Below, one piece after another: positions 9,147-19,293 of a stretch of DNA of 64,000 bases (positions are counted from its first letter, which is position 1; every line of letters begins with the position of its first letter). This DNA comes from Firmicutes bacterium UBA4845. GTDB lineage: Bacteria; Bacillota; Clostridia; Tissierellales; Sedimentibacteraceae. Made by a program: the position numbers and the translations under genes. Under the pieces are notes generated by a model. That model saw only the letters and a list, made by a program, of their open reading frames with translations, was not told the DNA's origin and searched no databases. Where the stretch lies: contig DHER01000114.1 of the NCBI GenBank assembly GCA_002399975.1, positions 999-64,998 of the forward strand, in the 5' to 3' direction.

Positions 9147-10877
9147 GTGGATATCAAAAAATTAATCATTAAAGACGCCAAATTAAAAGAGTTTATTTTG
9201 AAAAATCCAAACGGAATTATTGCAACGGATTCTAATAATCAAATCATTTATATTAATCAGGAAGCTGAAAATCTGCTTGGCCTGAAGAAAAAAGATATTA
9301 TGAATAATGACATTTTTTGCGTAATCCCTGATTTCAGAAATATCAAGTTCAATTGTGGAAAAGTGTATCTTATTGATGAAAACGATTTGACATACGATAT
9401 AATACCTATTCAGCTATATAACGAAAATGAAGAATCTATAAATATTTATATTATTATTGAAATTGATGAGATAAATAAATTGGAATCAGAACTTAAACAC
9501 CAGAAAACAATTATAAATGAACTTAATGAGATTTTGGAAGGCTCATATGACGGTATTCTTGTTACTGACGGAGATGGTAAGGTTCTATTAGTTAACACCT
9601 CTTATGAGAGAGTAGCTGCAATAAAGAAGGAGGATATGTGGGGAAAAACCATGCGAGATTTAATGAATCCTGTATGGATGCCAAATTCAGTTGCTTATGT
9701 TGTTATTGAGCAAAAACAGGCAGTTTCAAAACGGCAGGTTACTAAAGACGGGAGGCATATTATTGTTACAGGAATGCCTGTTTTTGATAAGAAAGGCGAA
9801 GTTAAAAAAGTAGTGATTAATGCAAGAGACATCAGCGAAATATATGAGCTTCGTGAAGAATTATTAAGAGAAAAACAGATTAATCGTACATATTTGGAGA
9901 ATTATAAGGAGTTTATTGAAAAAAAGAAAAATAATAGCGAGTGTATTTTAGCTGTTAGTAAACCTATGCAGGATGTTTTGGCATTGGCTCAAAGAATTGC
10001 AAATTTTGAGGCTACAGTTCTAATATTGGGAGAGTCAGGTGTAGGGAAAGAGGTTGTCGCAGATTATATACATAAAGAGAGCTTAAGGCGGGACAAGCCT
10101 TTTATTATTAACTGTGGGGCAATTCCGGAAAATCTGTTAGAGTCAGAGCTTTTTGGATATGAAAAAGGTGCCTTCACCGGAGCTAACCAGTCCGGCAAAG
10201 AGGGGTTATTAGAAGCTGCAAACGGCGGAACTGCTTTCTTGGATGAAGTAGGTGAATTAACATTGGATTTGCAGGTTAAACTGTTGAGATTTTTGGAAAC
10301 TAGAGAAATTAGAAGAGTGGGTTCCGTAGATGGCAAGATTGTGGATGTAAGAGTTATTGCTGCTACTAACCGTGATTTGGATGATATGGTTGAAGAGGGA
10401 ACTTTTAGAGAGGATTTGTTTTACAGGTTAAATATTGTAAGAATCAATGTTTCTCCGTTAAGAAAAAGAATTGACGATATAGCACCTCTAAGTATGATGT
10501 TTTTATATCAATTTAATAAGAAATATAACCAGAATAAGGAGCTGACTATAGATGTAATTAAAGAATTAGAAAAATATAATTGGCCGGGTAATATAAGAGA
10601 ACTAAAAAATGCAATCGAAAATATGGTTATTGTGAGTAACAATGAATATTTGCAGACGGAAGATATTCCATGGAATAAAGAAAAAAACTCTGGTAGAAAA
10701 ATAGTAAGTATGATAAACAATACAGAAGATCTGACCTTAATGGAAGCAACTGAATTATTAGAAAAAACCATGCTGGAAAAAGCAAAGCTTAAATATCAGA
10801 CAACACGAGCAATTGGAGAAAATTTAGGGATTGACCAATCTACAGTTGTACGTAAAATAAAAAAGTATAATTTATAG
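9147..10877 (+). CDS. sigma54-dependent enhancer-binding protein (PAS-PAS-AAA+-HTH)
   Basis: [39 protein letters not shown]-terminal HTH. Confidence 0.92.
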   Translation: MDIKKLIIKDAKLKEFILKNPNGIIATDSNNQIIYINQEAENLLGLKKKDIMNNDIFCVIPDFRNIKFNCGKVYLIDENDLTYDIIPIQLYNENEESINIYIIIEIDEINKLESELKHQKTIINELNEILEGSYDGILVTDGDGKVLLVNTSYERVAAIKKEDMWGKTMRDLMNPVWMPNSVAYVVIEQKQAVSKRQVTKDGRHIIVTGMPVFDKKGEVKKVVINARDISEIYELREELLREKQINRTYLENYKEFIEKKKNNSECILAVSKPMQDVLALAQRIANFEATVLILGESGVGKEVVADYIHKESLRRDKPFIINCGAIPENLLESELFGYEKGAFTGANQSGKEGLLEAANGGTAFLDEVGELTLDLQVKLLRFLETREIRRVGSVDGKIVDVRVIAATNRDLDDMVEEGTFREDLFYRLNIVRINVSPLRKRIDDIAPLSMMFLYQFNKKYNQNKELTIDVIKELEKYNWPGNIRELKNAIENMVIVSNNEYLQTEDIPWNKEKNSGRKIVSMINNTEDLTLMEATELLEKTMLEKAKLKYQTTRAIGENLGIDQSTVVRKIKKYNL

Positions 10878-10918
10878 CCTGGATTTTATACCAGGTTTTT
10901 AATAAGTTATGGATGTTT

Positions 10919-10953
10919 GATGCAATAGAGCATAAGTAATTAATAATGCATCA
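10919..10953. promoter_or_regulatory. putative UAS (full site plus half site)
   Basis: GATGCAATAGAGCATA, 12 nt, TGCATCA. Confidence 0.5.
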
Positions 10954-11105
10954 TTTATTTTTAATAAATTTCATGGGAACAAAATATAAAACAGCAGGAT
11001 TGTATCAGCTTTATTGTTATTTTTTTAATACGTTTGATGATTGCATGTGCATTTTAACAGTATTATTAGGTAGAGATTAGATTTTATTTATAAAACTTAT
11101 ATAGC

Positions 11106-11121
11106 TGGAACGAAAATTGCA
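11106..11121 (+). promoter_or_regulatory. sigma54 -24/-12 promoter
   Basis: TGGAACGAAAATTGCA, exact GG-N10-GC. Confidence 0.8.
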
Positions 11122-11162
11122 ATAAATATACATACATATAAATTATATATGGAGGAATAGAA

Positions 11163-12398
11163 ATGCCAATACTTACAGAATCGGCAAAAGACATTGCAAT
11201 ACCGGAAATGTTTCCAGTAATGCAGCTTTTCCCCGACGTTAAGATTAAAGATGTTTACAGTACCGCCAAAGCTGAAATAAAGAAAAAGCAATTAAATAAT
11301 TTAATCAGACCCGGTAAAAGTGTTGCAGTTCTCGTAGGTAGCAGAGGTATAGCCAGCCTTAAATACGTTGTGAAAGCAGTTATAGAAATGCTCATTAATA
11401 TGGGAGTTAAGCCTTTTATAGTACCTGCTATGGGAAGTCATGGAGGGGGAGTTGCTAAAGAGCAAAAAAAAATCATTGAAAGCTATGGCATAACAGAGGA
11501 ATATTTGGGCATACCTATCTGTTCATCTATGGAGACAACAATTATAGGAGAAACTGCCGATAAAATTCCGATTCATATTGATAAGTTTGCGGATAGAGCA
11601 GACTATATAGTACCAGTTGTGAGAATAAAGGCACATACCGACTTCAGCGGTCCAATTGAAAGCGGACTATGTAAAATGCTTTCAATTGGAATAGGAAAAC
11701 ATAACGGGTGTTCAAGACTGCATCAAGAAGGTTTTTCCAACTTCAGCAAATTAATTCCCAATGCTGCATCTGTAGTATTAAATAAAAAAAATGTCCCTTT
11801 TGGCGTTGCAATAATTGAAAATGCCCATGAGAACGTACATACAATTTGTGCCGTTCCCGGAAGTGATATTTTAAGTAAAGAACCGTCTTTGCTTTCTTTG
11901 AGCAAATCACTTATGCCAAGGTTATATTTTGACCATATTGATGTTCTTATCGTTGAACAAATAGGTAAGGACATTACGGGAGCCGGCATGGATCCCAATA
12001 TTACAGGGCGCACCACCAGCGGATCTGTACAAAACTTCTCAGGTCCTTCAATCAGTCGTATAGTTGTACTGGACTTAACTGAAAAAACGCACAATAATGC
12101 TGTTGGAGTAGGAAATGCTGACTTTATAACAAAAAAACTGTACGATAAAATCGATCTGATTTCAACTTATTCCAATGCCATTGCATCTGGAAATCCAGGT
12201 TCCGCAAATATCCCTGTAGTATTGGACAGTGAACGTGAAGCAGTTCTGGCGGCAATACAAACATGCCCTGGAATTGATCATAATAATGCAAAAATAGTTA
12301 AGATAAAGGATACACTTCATCTTGTAAACATTGAGATATCTGAAAACTTACTTCCATATTGCCGTTCAAGAAAAAATTTCTATGTACCCGAGCATTAG
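11163..12398 (+). CDS. LarA-superfamily (lactate racemase N-terminal/DUF2088-like) protein
   Basis: GSRGIA, PAMGSHGG, KAHTDF..ESGLCKM and KHNGCSRLH align by eye with the LarA His/His/Lys/His residues. Confidence 0.7.
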   Translation: MPILTESAKDIAIPEMFPVMQLFPDVKIKDVYSTAKAEIKKKQLNNLIRPGKSVAVLVGSRGIASLKYVVKAVIEMLINMGVKPFIVPAMGSHGGGVAKEQKKIIESYGITEEYLGIPICSSMETTIIGETADKIPIHIDKFADRADYIVPVVRIKAHTDFSGPIESGLCKMLSIGIGKHNGCSRLHQEGFSNFSKLIPNAASVVLNKKNVPFGVAIIENAHENVHTICAVPGSDILSKEPSLLSLSKSLMPRLYFDHIDVLIVEQIGKDITGAGMDPNITGRTTSGSVQNFSGPSISRIVVLDLTEKTHNNAVGVGNADFITKKLYDKIDLISTYSNAIASGNPGSANIPVVLDSEREAVLAAIQTCPGIDHNNAKIVKIKDTLHLVNIEISENLLPYCRSRKNFYVPEH

Positions 12399-12423
12399 AC
12401 TTTATATTTTTAAGCCTATAAAA

Positions 12424-12468
12424 AAATAAGCGTCCCGGACGTAAGTGTTACGTCTGGAATGCTTATTT
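12424..12468. terminator. bidirectional terminator between convergent units
   Basis: AAATAAGCGTCCCGGACGTAA-GTG-TTACGTCTGGAATGCTTATTT long hairpin. Confidence 0.75.
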
Positions 12469-12492
12469 ATAAATTTGCCGCTCTTAATTACT

Positions 12493-12900
12493 TTACAGCT
12501 TTTCATATACCGATATATACATGCGGAAAAAGAAAAAACCGAAAATACATCCTAACGCAAATATGGATATTAGTCCTGCTGCAACCGAAACAAAAAGACT
12601 TGGCGAAATATCGTTAACATAAACTATCTTAATTGTAGCAGTCAACCTGCTTGCTAATGCTGCCACACCCCAATAAACAACTGAAACCATAACTAAATTT
12701 TTATTTGCCGCCTTATATCTTATAATAATATCAAATCCAAATCCCAACGCAATGCATATGGCACATGCGAATAATAATTTTAAAGCAAGCCCGTTTCCAA
12801 TTAAATCTTGTATGCCACTTTTCTTAATCATAAATGATAATATTATTAAAGAAATTGTTGAGAAAAATATCATTATTGCAGCGCTTACATGTTTTTTCAA
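12493..12900 (-). CDS. hypothetical ~4-TM membrane protein, downstream of the permease
   Basis: Four hydrophobic stretches; GAGGAGG SD; same orientation as the permease, 74 bp gap. Confidence 0.6.
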   Translation of the reverse strand: MKKHVSAAIMIFFSTISLIILSFMIKKSGIQDLIGNGLALKLLFACAICIALGFGFDIIIRYKAANKNLVMVSVVYWGVAALASRLTATIKIVYVNDISPSLFVSVAAGLISIFALGCIFGFFFFRMYISVYEKL

Positions 12901-12974
12901 AAAATGCCCCTCCTCTTACGGTTTAACTTATGTATGATCATTATGGCAGCAGTAATTGTATTCGTGCTGAATGG

Positions 12975-14357
12975 TTAAAATATAATAACTGTATAGTATA
13001 TTGCAAATATGATGAAGAAAATTATACCCAGTATATTAAAAATTATGCTTCCCTTTGACGGTTTAAATGTATCAGGCAATACTTTCAAATTTAGAATAAG
13101 TACTACAATAGCCAATATAGGGAGATTATACGCTCCATCAATAATGGATTGAGCCTGAAGTAAGACCAAAGGCTGAAATTTCATTAAAGAGAAAAACAAT
13201 GAAATCAGACTTTGTACGGTAAACACTATTACCCAGATTCTGTACCCTTTTTTATCGTCAATATTTTTCATACGTTTTGGTGCAAGGATTCTACTCGCAT
13301 CATTCCAGACTCTAACCGTACCGTCTTCAAATGTCAAATATGCTGCAAACATTACCTCGGCCGCTGCTATAATATATATCCATTCACCAAGTGGACCAAC
13401 TAACTCCACAACTATTTGTGCCTGGACTAGAACCAGATCCATCCCGGACGGAGCAAGTCCTCTCGGTCTAAGTACTGCATACCCGCATAGGAAAAAACAA
13501 ATACATACTATAAATGTTAGTACTGTCCCAACTCCTAAATCGATCTTTAAAAGCTTAAGCCAGTTTCTGCCTTTTCTTATTTCATCAGGTGTATCGTCGC
13601 AGGTTACCGACATTATATTATCATATTCATCTTTCCTTTTATTATTTAAACTTAATCCATATCCTTTTTCCCTTATCCAGTAACTGTACCAAATTGTGCC
13701 TATACATCCGGCTCCTACAAAACCCGTAAGAGACATCATATCCGTCCATCCCTGTGTATCGGAAGGAAGTCTTGGAATAACCATATTTGAAAGTAATTCA
13801 GCGTATCCGCTTAACGGAGTAAAGGCTATTGCAGAGATCATTACACACAAAGTCATTGTGCAGGTTCCTAATGTGCATATTTTTTCAAGTATGCTGTATT
13901 TACCGAAATATAGCAACGAAGAAACAAAAATTGTAATAATCACCGTAATAACAGCTAAATTTCCACCGAATACATAGCTAACCAGGGTAGCTCCAGATAC
14001 TGTATATGAAGATATTGTTACTGTTTGCCATGTAATCGGCAAAAATGCAAACCAAAATACTAAAAATTTCGATAATTTGGATACGCCTCCCAAGATTGTC
14101 TGACCGGTAAAAATAGTATATCTGCCTACTTCATAATTAATAAAAAACTTGATAAAAATAAGAAAAAGTATCATCCACGCAAACGTTAACCCGTGTACTG
14201 CTGAATTTCTTGTTGTAAGTATTAATTCTCCTGTACCTATTGCAGCTGCAGACCATACCAAACCAGGTCCGACTTTTTTCAGCAATTCTTTTGTGTTATT
14301 AGTAATATCTGGCATAATCTCTGTTTGGATTTCTTGTAATTCTGCATTTTTTGCCAT
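12975..14357 (-). CDS. NRAMP-like (YcsG-type) secondary transporter
   Basis: GPGLVWSAAAIGTGEL..HG..FAW N-terminal motif; about 11 TM segments; lacks the DPGN metal motif. Confidence 0.7.
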   Translation of the reverse strand: MAKNAELQEIQTEIMPDITNNTKELLKKVGPGLVWSAAAIGTGELILTTRNSAVHGLTFAWMILFLIFIKFFINYEVGRYTIFTGQTILGGVSKLSKFLVFWFAFLPITWQTVTISSYTVSGATLVSYVFGGNLAVITVIITIFVSSLLYFGKYSILEKICTLGTCTMTLCVMISAIAFTPLSGYAELLSNMVIPRLPSDTQGWTDMMSLTGFVGAGCIGTIWYSYWIREKGYGLSLNNKRKDEYDNIMSVTCDDTPDEIRKGRNWLKLLKIDLGVGTVLTFIVCICFFLCGYAVLRPRGLAPSGMDLVLVQAQIVVELVGPLGEWIYIIAAAEVMFAAYLTFEDGTVRVWNDASRILAPKRMKNIDDKKGYRIWVIVFTVQSLISLFFSLMKFQPLVLLQAQSIIDGAYNLPILAIVVLILNLKVLPDTFKPSKGSIIFNILGIIFFIIFAIYYTVIIF

Positions 14358-14464
14358 TTAAATATTAATCCTCCTATATGTTTTATTTCGTAAATGATAT
14401 GAGTTTAACTCAAAAAATTTATACCTCCTTTTTAACAACATTTTTCTTACGATAGATAAAATGA

Positions 14465-14480
14465 TGCAATTATCATGCCA
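14465..14480 (-). promoter_or_regulatory. sigma54 -24/-12 promoter of the permease
   Basis: Minus strand TGGCATGATAATTGCA. Confidence 0.85.
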
Positions 14481-14619
14481 AAGCTTTTTATATTTCAGGG
14501 TATACAGAGTATAAAAGTATAAAAACAAAATTTGTCTATTCTTTGACATAGTCTTTATTATTATAGTAATTTCATCAATATAGTTATATAAAAATCTCGG
14601 TAATATATCTGTTAATTCT

Positions 14620-14654
14620 GATGCGTTTTTGCATGTATACTTAATCTCGCATCA
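14620..14654. promoter_or_regulatory. putative UAS shared by divergent sigma54 promoters
   Basis: GATGCGTTTTTGCATG, 12 nt, CGCATCA; same spacing as at 10919. Confidence 0.5.
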
Positions 14655-14911
14655 CAATTCAATGCAAAATCAGAGTAAAAAATAATACATCCATTATTAC
14701 GATTATTACAATCAATGAAAAAGTAATCTACAAATAAACTAATTCTCCATATATGGAAAAATATACAGAAAATGTTGGAATATTAAGTTATTCTTAAAAG
14801 TTCAAATCACACCTTAAATTAAGTAAGAAAGTCACAATTAGATCAAGCCTATATGCTAAATCATCCAAAGGAACTTAAATCAATATGTGCCAAGTTTAAA
14901 TTAAATGTTAA

Positions 14912-14927
14912 TGGCATAACGATTGCA
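14912..14927 (+). promoter_or_regulatory. sigma54 -24/-12 promoter of the SDR gene
   Basis: TGGCATAACGATTGCA. Confidence 0.85.
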
Positions 14928-14977
14928 TATTACTATTGTTAAAATAATACTTTAGAATGAAATAAAGGAGTCAATAG

Positions 14978-15736
14978 TTGAAAAATTTGTTTGATATTAA
15001 AGGTAAAAAAGCCATAGTAACGGGAGGCAGCAGAGGACTTGGCAGAGGTATGGCACAAGGACTTCATGATGCTGGCGTTGAGCTTGTTATTATGGGAACA
15101 ACTAATAGAATATTGAAGATTGCAGAAGGAATAGATTCACCTGATGCACCTGTGCATGGTGTGATAGCAGATTTCAATAATTCTTTTGAAGTTGAAAAAG
15201 CATTTGATGAAGCAATGAGTATTTTAGGGGATTTAGATATTTTGGTAAATAATGCCGGAATGCAAATACGCCATCCTTCCTCTGAATTTCCGCTGAAAGA
15301 CTGGCAGAATGTTTTGAATGTTAATTTAACTTCGGCATTTATAATGAGCCAGAAAGCAGGAAATGTAATGATGAAAAAAAGGTATGGAAAAATTATAAAC
15401 ATTGCTTCGTTATTGAGTTTTTCCGGAGGCATTAATGTACCTGCATATGCTGCAAGCAAGGGAGGCATAGCACAATTGACAAAGGCATTATCCAACGAGT
15501 GGGCAGCTAAATGCATCAATGTAAATGCCATAGCTCCCGGATATATGGATACTGATAATATTGCAGATATAAAAACAGATGATATCAGAAACGCTCAAAT
15601 TTTAGATCGTATACCGGCAGGAAGATATGGAACACCGGAAGACATGATTGGGACAGTCATATTTTTAGCTTCACATGCCTCAGATTACATTCATGGGTCT
15701 GTATTACTGGTTGACGGTGGCTGGATGGGCAGATAA
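14978..15736 (+). CDS. SDR oxidoreductase, KduD/gluconate 5-dehydrogenase-like
   Basis: TGGSRGLG, NNAG, YAASKGG, NAIAPGYMDT; KduD-like LTKALSNEWA and VDGGWMGR end. Confidence 0.85.
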   Translation: MKNLFDIKGKKAIVTGGSRGLGRGMAQGLHDAGVELVIMGTTNRILKIAEGIDSPDAPVHGVIADFNNSFEVEKAFDEAMSILGDLDILVNNAGMQIRHPSSEFPLKDWQNVLNVNLTSAFIMSQKAGNVMMKKRYGKIINIASLLSFSGGINVPAYAASKGGIAQLTKALSNEWAAKCINVNAIAPGYMDTDNIADIKTDDIRNAQILDRIPAGRYGTPEDMIGTVIFLASHASDYIHGSVLLVDGGWMGR

Positions 15737-15874
15737 TTATTCAATATTTATAAACTGTTGTATTAGTTTAGTCAAAAATAAGAATATCATACTGACCTTA
15801 TTTTTTGAAGGCATTTTCATTTGAATTGGAATTCCTAATGCAATAGTTTTTTTATGATTATTTTTAAAGAATTA

Positions 15875-15890
15875 GATGCATAAATGCATC
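15875..15890. promoter_or_regulatory. putative UAS
   Basis: Palindrome GATGCA-TAAA-TGCATC plus a nearby TGCATAATGCA. Confidence 0.55.
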
Positions 15891-16050
15891 ATAAGACAAA
15901 ATGCATAATGCAAAACAGATAAAAATTAAAACATTTTGAATTTATTCGGGTGATTTTTTGCAATATGAAATTATTTTATTAATTCAAATTTTAATGTTAT
16001 TCAGTTTTATTATAACATGATACATATTCTTTTCCATAAAGAAGCGTTGA

Positions 16051-16066
16051 TGGCATGTTTATTGCT
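16051..16066 (+). promoter_or_regulatory. sigma54 -24/-12 promoter of the 11-gene operon
   Basis: TGGCATGTTTATTGCT. Confidence 0.85.
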
Positions 16067-16136
16067 AAATATTTGTAAGTAAGAAACTCTATTGGATATA
16101 GAAGATAAAGAAATAAATCATAATAAGGAGGAAAAA

Positions 16137-17276
16137 ATGGATTTCAGTTTGACAAAAGAACAGGAAATGGTCAGGAAAATGGTAAGAGAATTTGCCGTTA
16201 ATGAAGTTGAACCAATTGCGGCGGAAATAGATGAAGAAGCGAGATTTCCATTTGAAACCATGGAAAAGGCAGGGAAATTAGGACTTATGGGGATGCCGTT
16301 TCCACGAGAATACGGAGGAGCAGGTGCTGATTATATATCATATATAATGGCCATTGAAGAATTATCCAAAGCCTGTGGTTCAACAGGAGTCATTGTACAG
16401 ACACATTGTGCATTGTGCGCCTGGCCTATAATGACTTACGGAACAGAGAAACAAAAACAAAAATATCTGCCGGATTTACTCTCAGGTAAAAAGCTGGGGG
16501 CGTTTGGTTTAACTGAACCGGGTGCGGGAAGTGATGCTGCGGGAATTCAGACAGCAGCAGTAGACAAAGGAGATTACTGGCTGTTAAATGGTAGCAAGAT
16601 TTTTATAAGCAGCGGCGGCATAGCAGATGTTTATGTAGTTATGGCGATGACAGACAGAAGTAAAGGCACAAGAGGAATTAGTTCATTCATAGTAGAAAAA
16701 GGAATGGAAGGCTTTACAGTACCTAAAAAAGAAAACAAAATGGGAATCAGAGGTTCAGTAGCTGCCGAGCTGTTGTTCGAAAATGTGAAGCTGCCTAAAG
16801 ATAATTTGCTTGGCCAATTGGGAAAAGGGTTTAAAGTGGCAATGTCATCACTAGACGTAGGCAGGTTAGGAGTAGCAGCTCAGGCTCTGGGTATAGCTCA
16901 GGGGGCGTTTGATGAAACCATAAAATATATGAAATCAAGAAAGCAATTTGGGAAAACATTAAATAAATTTCAGGCATTGTCATTTGAAATGGCGGAAATG
17001 AAAACAAAGATAGATGCGGCAAGATTTATATTATATAATGCCGCTGACAGAAGAGAAAAAGGTATGCCAAGCACAATTGAAGCTGCCCAAGCAAAGCTGT
17101 ACTGTTCTGAGACGGCAATGTATGTAACTACAAAGGCTGTTCAATTCCACGGAGGTTATGGATATATAAAAGACTATCCTGTTGAAAGAATGATGAGAGA
17201 CGCAAAGATAACAGAAATATATGAAGGAACATCAGAAGTTATGAAGATGGTCATTTCTGGTGACATATTTAAATAG
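16137..17276 (+). CDS. acyl-CoA dehydrogenase (Bcd-like)
   Basis: FGLTEPGAGSDA, KMGIRGS, RQFG-like RKQFGK, KITEIYEGTSEV with catalytic Glu; ATG 16137 after AAGGAGG. Confidence 0.92.
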   Translation: MDFSLTKEQEMVRKMVREFAVNEVEPIAAEIDEEARFPFETMEKAGKLGLMGMPFPREYGGAGADYISYIMAIEELSKACGSTGVIVQTHCALCAWPIMTYGTEKQKQKYLPDLLSGKKLGAFGLTEPGAGSDAAGIQTAAVDKGDYWLLNGSKIFISSGGIADVYVVMAMTDRSKGTRGISSFIVEKGMEGFTVPKKENKMGIRGSVAAELLFENVKLPKDNLLGQLGKGFKVAMSSLDVGRLGVAAQALGIAQGAFDETIKYMKSRKQFGKTLNKFQALSFEMAEMKTKIDAARFILYNAADRREKGMPSTIEAAQAKLYCSETAMYVTTKAVQFHGGYGYIKDYPVERMMRDAKITEIYEGTSEVMKMVISGDIFK

Positions 17277-17288
17277 GAGGTAAAGGAA

Positions 17289-18089
17289 ATGGCATTAAAA
17301 ATAATAGTTTGTGTAAAGCAGGTACCAAACACTAATGAGATAAAAATAGATCCGGTAAAAAAAACACTTATAAGAGAAGGAGTTGAAAGTATATTAAATA
17401 ATGACGACGCAAATGCTCTTGAAGAAGCATTAAAAATAAAAGATAAATATCCTAATACCCATATTACATTAATAACAATGGGACCTCCACAGGCTAAGGA
17501 CATGTTACTGGAATGTCTGGCAATGGGAGCTGATGATGCGGTGCTGTTATCTGACAGAGCATTAGGAGGTTCTGACACATGGGCTACTTCAAATGCCCTG
17601 TCTGCCGGAATAAAAAATATAGGAGATTATGACATAATATTTTCAGGAAGACAGGCAATTGACGGTGATACAGCACAGGTTGGACCTCAGATTGCAGAAA
17701 AACTTGGAATTCCTCAGGTGACTTATGTAACAGATTTTAATATAGAAGAAGACTTGAGGTCTATTACAGTTAAAAGAGATCTTGAAGACGGATATGAAGT
17801 AATAAAACTTGAGACACCTTGTTTGTTGACTGCAGTTAAAGAACTGAACAAGCCAAGATACATGTCAGTAAGAGGTATATTTGATGCAACTAAAAAAGAA
17901 ATTAGTACTTGGTCTGCAAAAGATATAAACATTTCAACAGATAAAGTGGGATTGGAGGCGTCTCCAACAAATGTGTTCCGCTCTTTCACACCTATTACAA
18001 AGGGAAAGGGCAAGCTGATAGAAGCGGATACAGAAAAAGAAACGGCACGAAAACTTTTGGCAGAGCTAAAAAGCAAACATATAATTTAA
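17289..18089 (+). CDS. etfB: electron transfer flavoprotein beta subunit
   Basis: [28 protein letters not shown]. Confidence 0.93.
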   Translation: MALKIIVCVKQVPNTNEIKIDPVKKTLIREGVESILNNDDANALEEALKIKDKYPNTHITLITMGPPQAKDMLLECLAMGADDAVLLSDRALGGSDTWATSNALSAGIKNIGDYDIIFSGRQAIDGDTAQVGPQIAEKLGIPQVTYVTDFNIEEDLRSITVKRDLEDGYEVIKLETPCLLTAVKELNKPRYMSVRGIFDATKKEISTWSAKDINISTDKVGLEASPTNVFRSFTPITKGKGKLIEADTEKETARKLLAELKSKHII

Positions 18090-18105
18090 CACGGAGGGTA
18101 GAAGA

Positions 18106-19233
18106 ATGGCAGTATTGACAGGTAAGGATAATTATAATGTTGATATTTCATCTTATAAGAATATCTGGGTTTATGCGGAGCACAGGCAGGGAAAATTGAT
18201 GAACGTATCACTGGAATTAATAGGAGAAGGAAACAGACTTGCAAAAGAAATGGGAGAAGCAAAGGTATATGCTTTGCTGGCAGGCAATAATATTGGTAAT
18301 CTTTCAAAAGAATGTTATGAGTATGGAGCAGACGGAGTATATTTAATTGAAGATCCATTGCTTGAAAAATATACAACGGAAGGTTACACAAAAGTAATAG
18401 TAGATGCAATTAATGAGTATAAGCCGGAAATAGTATTGTATGGAGCAACACATATAGGCAGAGATTTAGCTCCGAGAATTGCTGCAAGATTAAATACAGG
18501 ATTAACGGCAGACTGTACAAGGCTGGATGTTAAAATGTCTACATATAAGGAATATGCAGAAAAATATACGACATTGAATACCTCTAATTTAGATGCTAAT
18601 TCAACAGAAACGAGATTGCTGCAAACAAGACCTGCTTTTGGAGGAAATCTTATGGCAACAATCATATGCCCAAAGACAAGGCCGCAAATGTCGACGGTAA
18701 GACCGGGAGTAATGAAGAAGAGGCAAAGAGAAGAAGGAGCAGAAGGTGAATTAATAAAGGTTCAGCCACAAATTTTGGCAGAGTTTATTCATACTCAAGT
18801 TGTAGAAATAGTAAAGTCGGCAAAAGAAGTGATATCACTTACAGATGCTGAAATAATCTGTTCAGGCGGTCGGGGGCTTGGCAATGCGGAAGGATTTAAG
18901 CTGATACAAAAATTGGCAGATAAAACAGGAGGAACTGTAGGTGCGTCAAGGGCTGCAGTTGATGCAGGATGGATAGATCAATCTCACCAGGTAGGTCAGA
19001 CCGGCACCACTGTGAAACCTAAAATATATTTTGCGTGCGGAATATCGGGGGCAATTCAGCATTTAGCCGGAATGCAGACGTCTGATATTATAATTGCCAT
19101 AAATAAAAATCCGGATGCACCTATTTTTGAAATTGCTGATTATGGAATAGTAGGGGATCTATACAAAATAATCCCACAGATAATTGAGGAGTGGGATAAC
19201 ATTGATTTTCTTTATGATGCAGGCATTATTTAA
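18106..19233 (+). CDS. etfA: electron transfer flavoprotein alpha subunit
   Basis: [34 protein letters not shown]. Confidence 0.93.
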   Translation: MAVLTGKDNYNVDISSYKNIWVYAEHRQGKLMNVSLELIGEGNRLAKEMGEAKVYALLAGNNIGNLSKECYEYGADGVYLIEDPLLEKYTTEGYTKVIVDAINEYKPEIVLYGATHIGRDLAPRIAARLNTGLTADCTRLDVKMSTYKEYAEKYTTLNTSNLDANSTETRLLQTRPAFGGNLMATIICPKTRPQMSTVRPGVMKKRQREEGAEGELIKVQPQILAEFIHTQVVEIVKSAKEVISLTDAEIICSGGRGLGNAEGFKLIQKLADKTGGTVGASRAAVDAGWIDQSHQVGQTGTTVKPKIYFACGISGAIQHLAGMQTSDIIIAINKNPDAPIFEIADYGIVGDLYKIIPQIIEEWDNIDFLYDAGII

Positions 19234-19293
19234 AAGTGCTTTGCTTTATACGCGGAAGTGATAATTATTTAACGATACAAAGGAAGTGAGAAA

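Noticed and set aside
10095-10115. Apparent one-residue deletion in the activator (PFIINCG versus PFIKINCG)
   Set aside because: In frame, all AAA+ motifs intact; cannot distinguish natural variation from error
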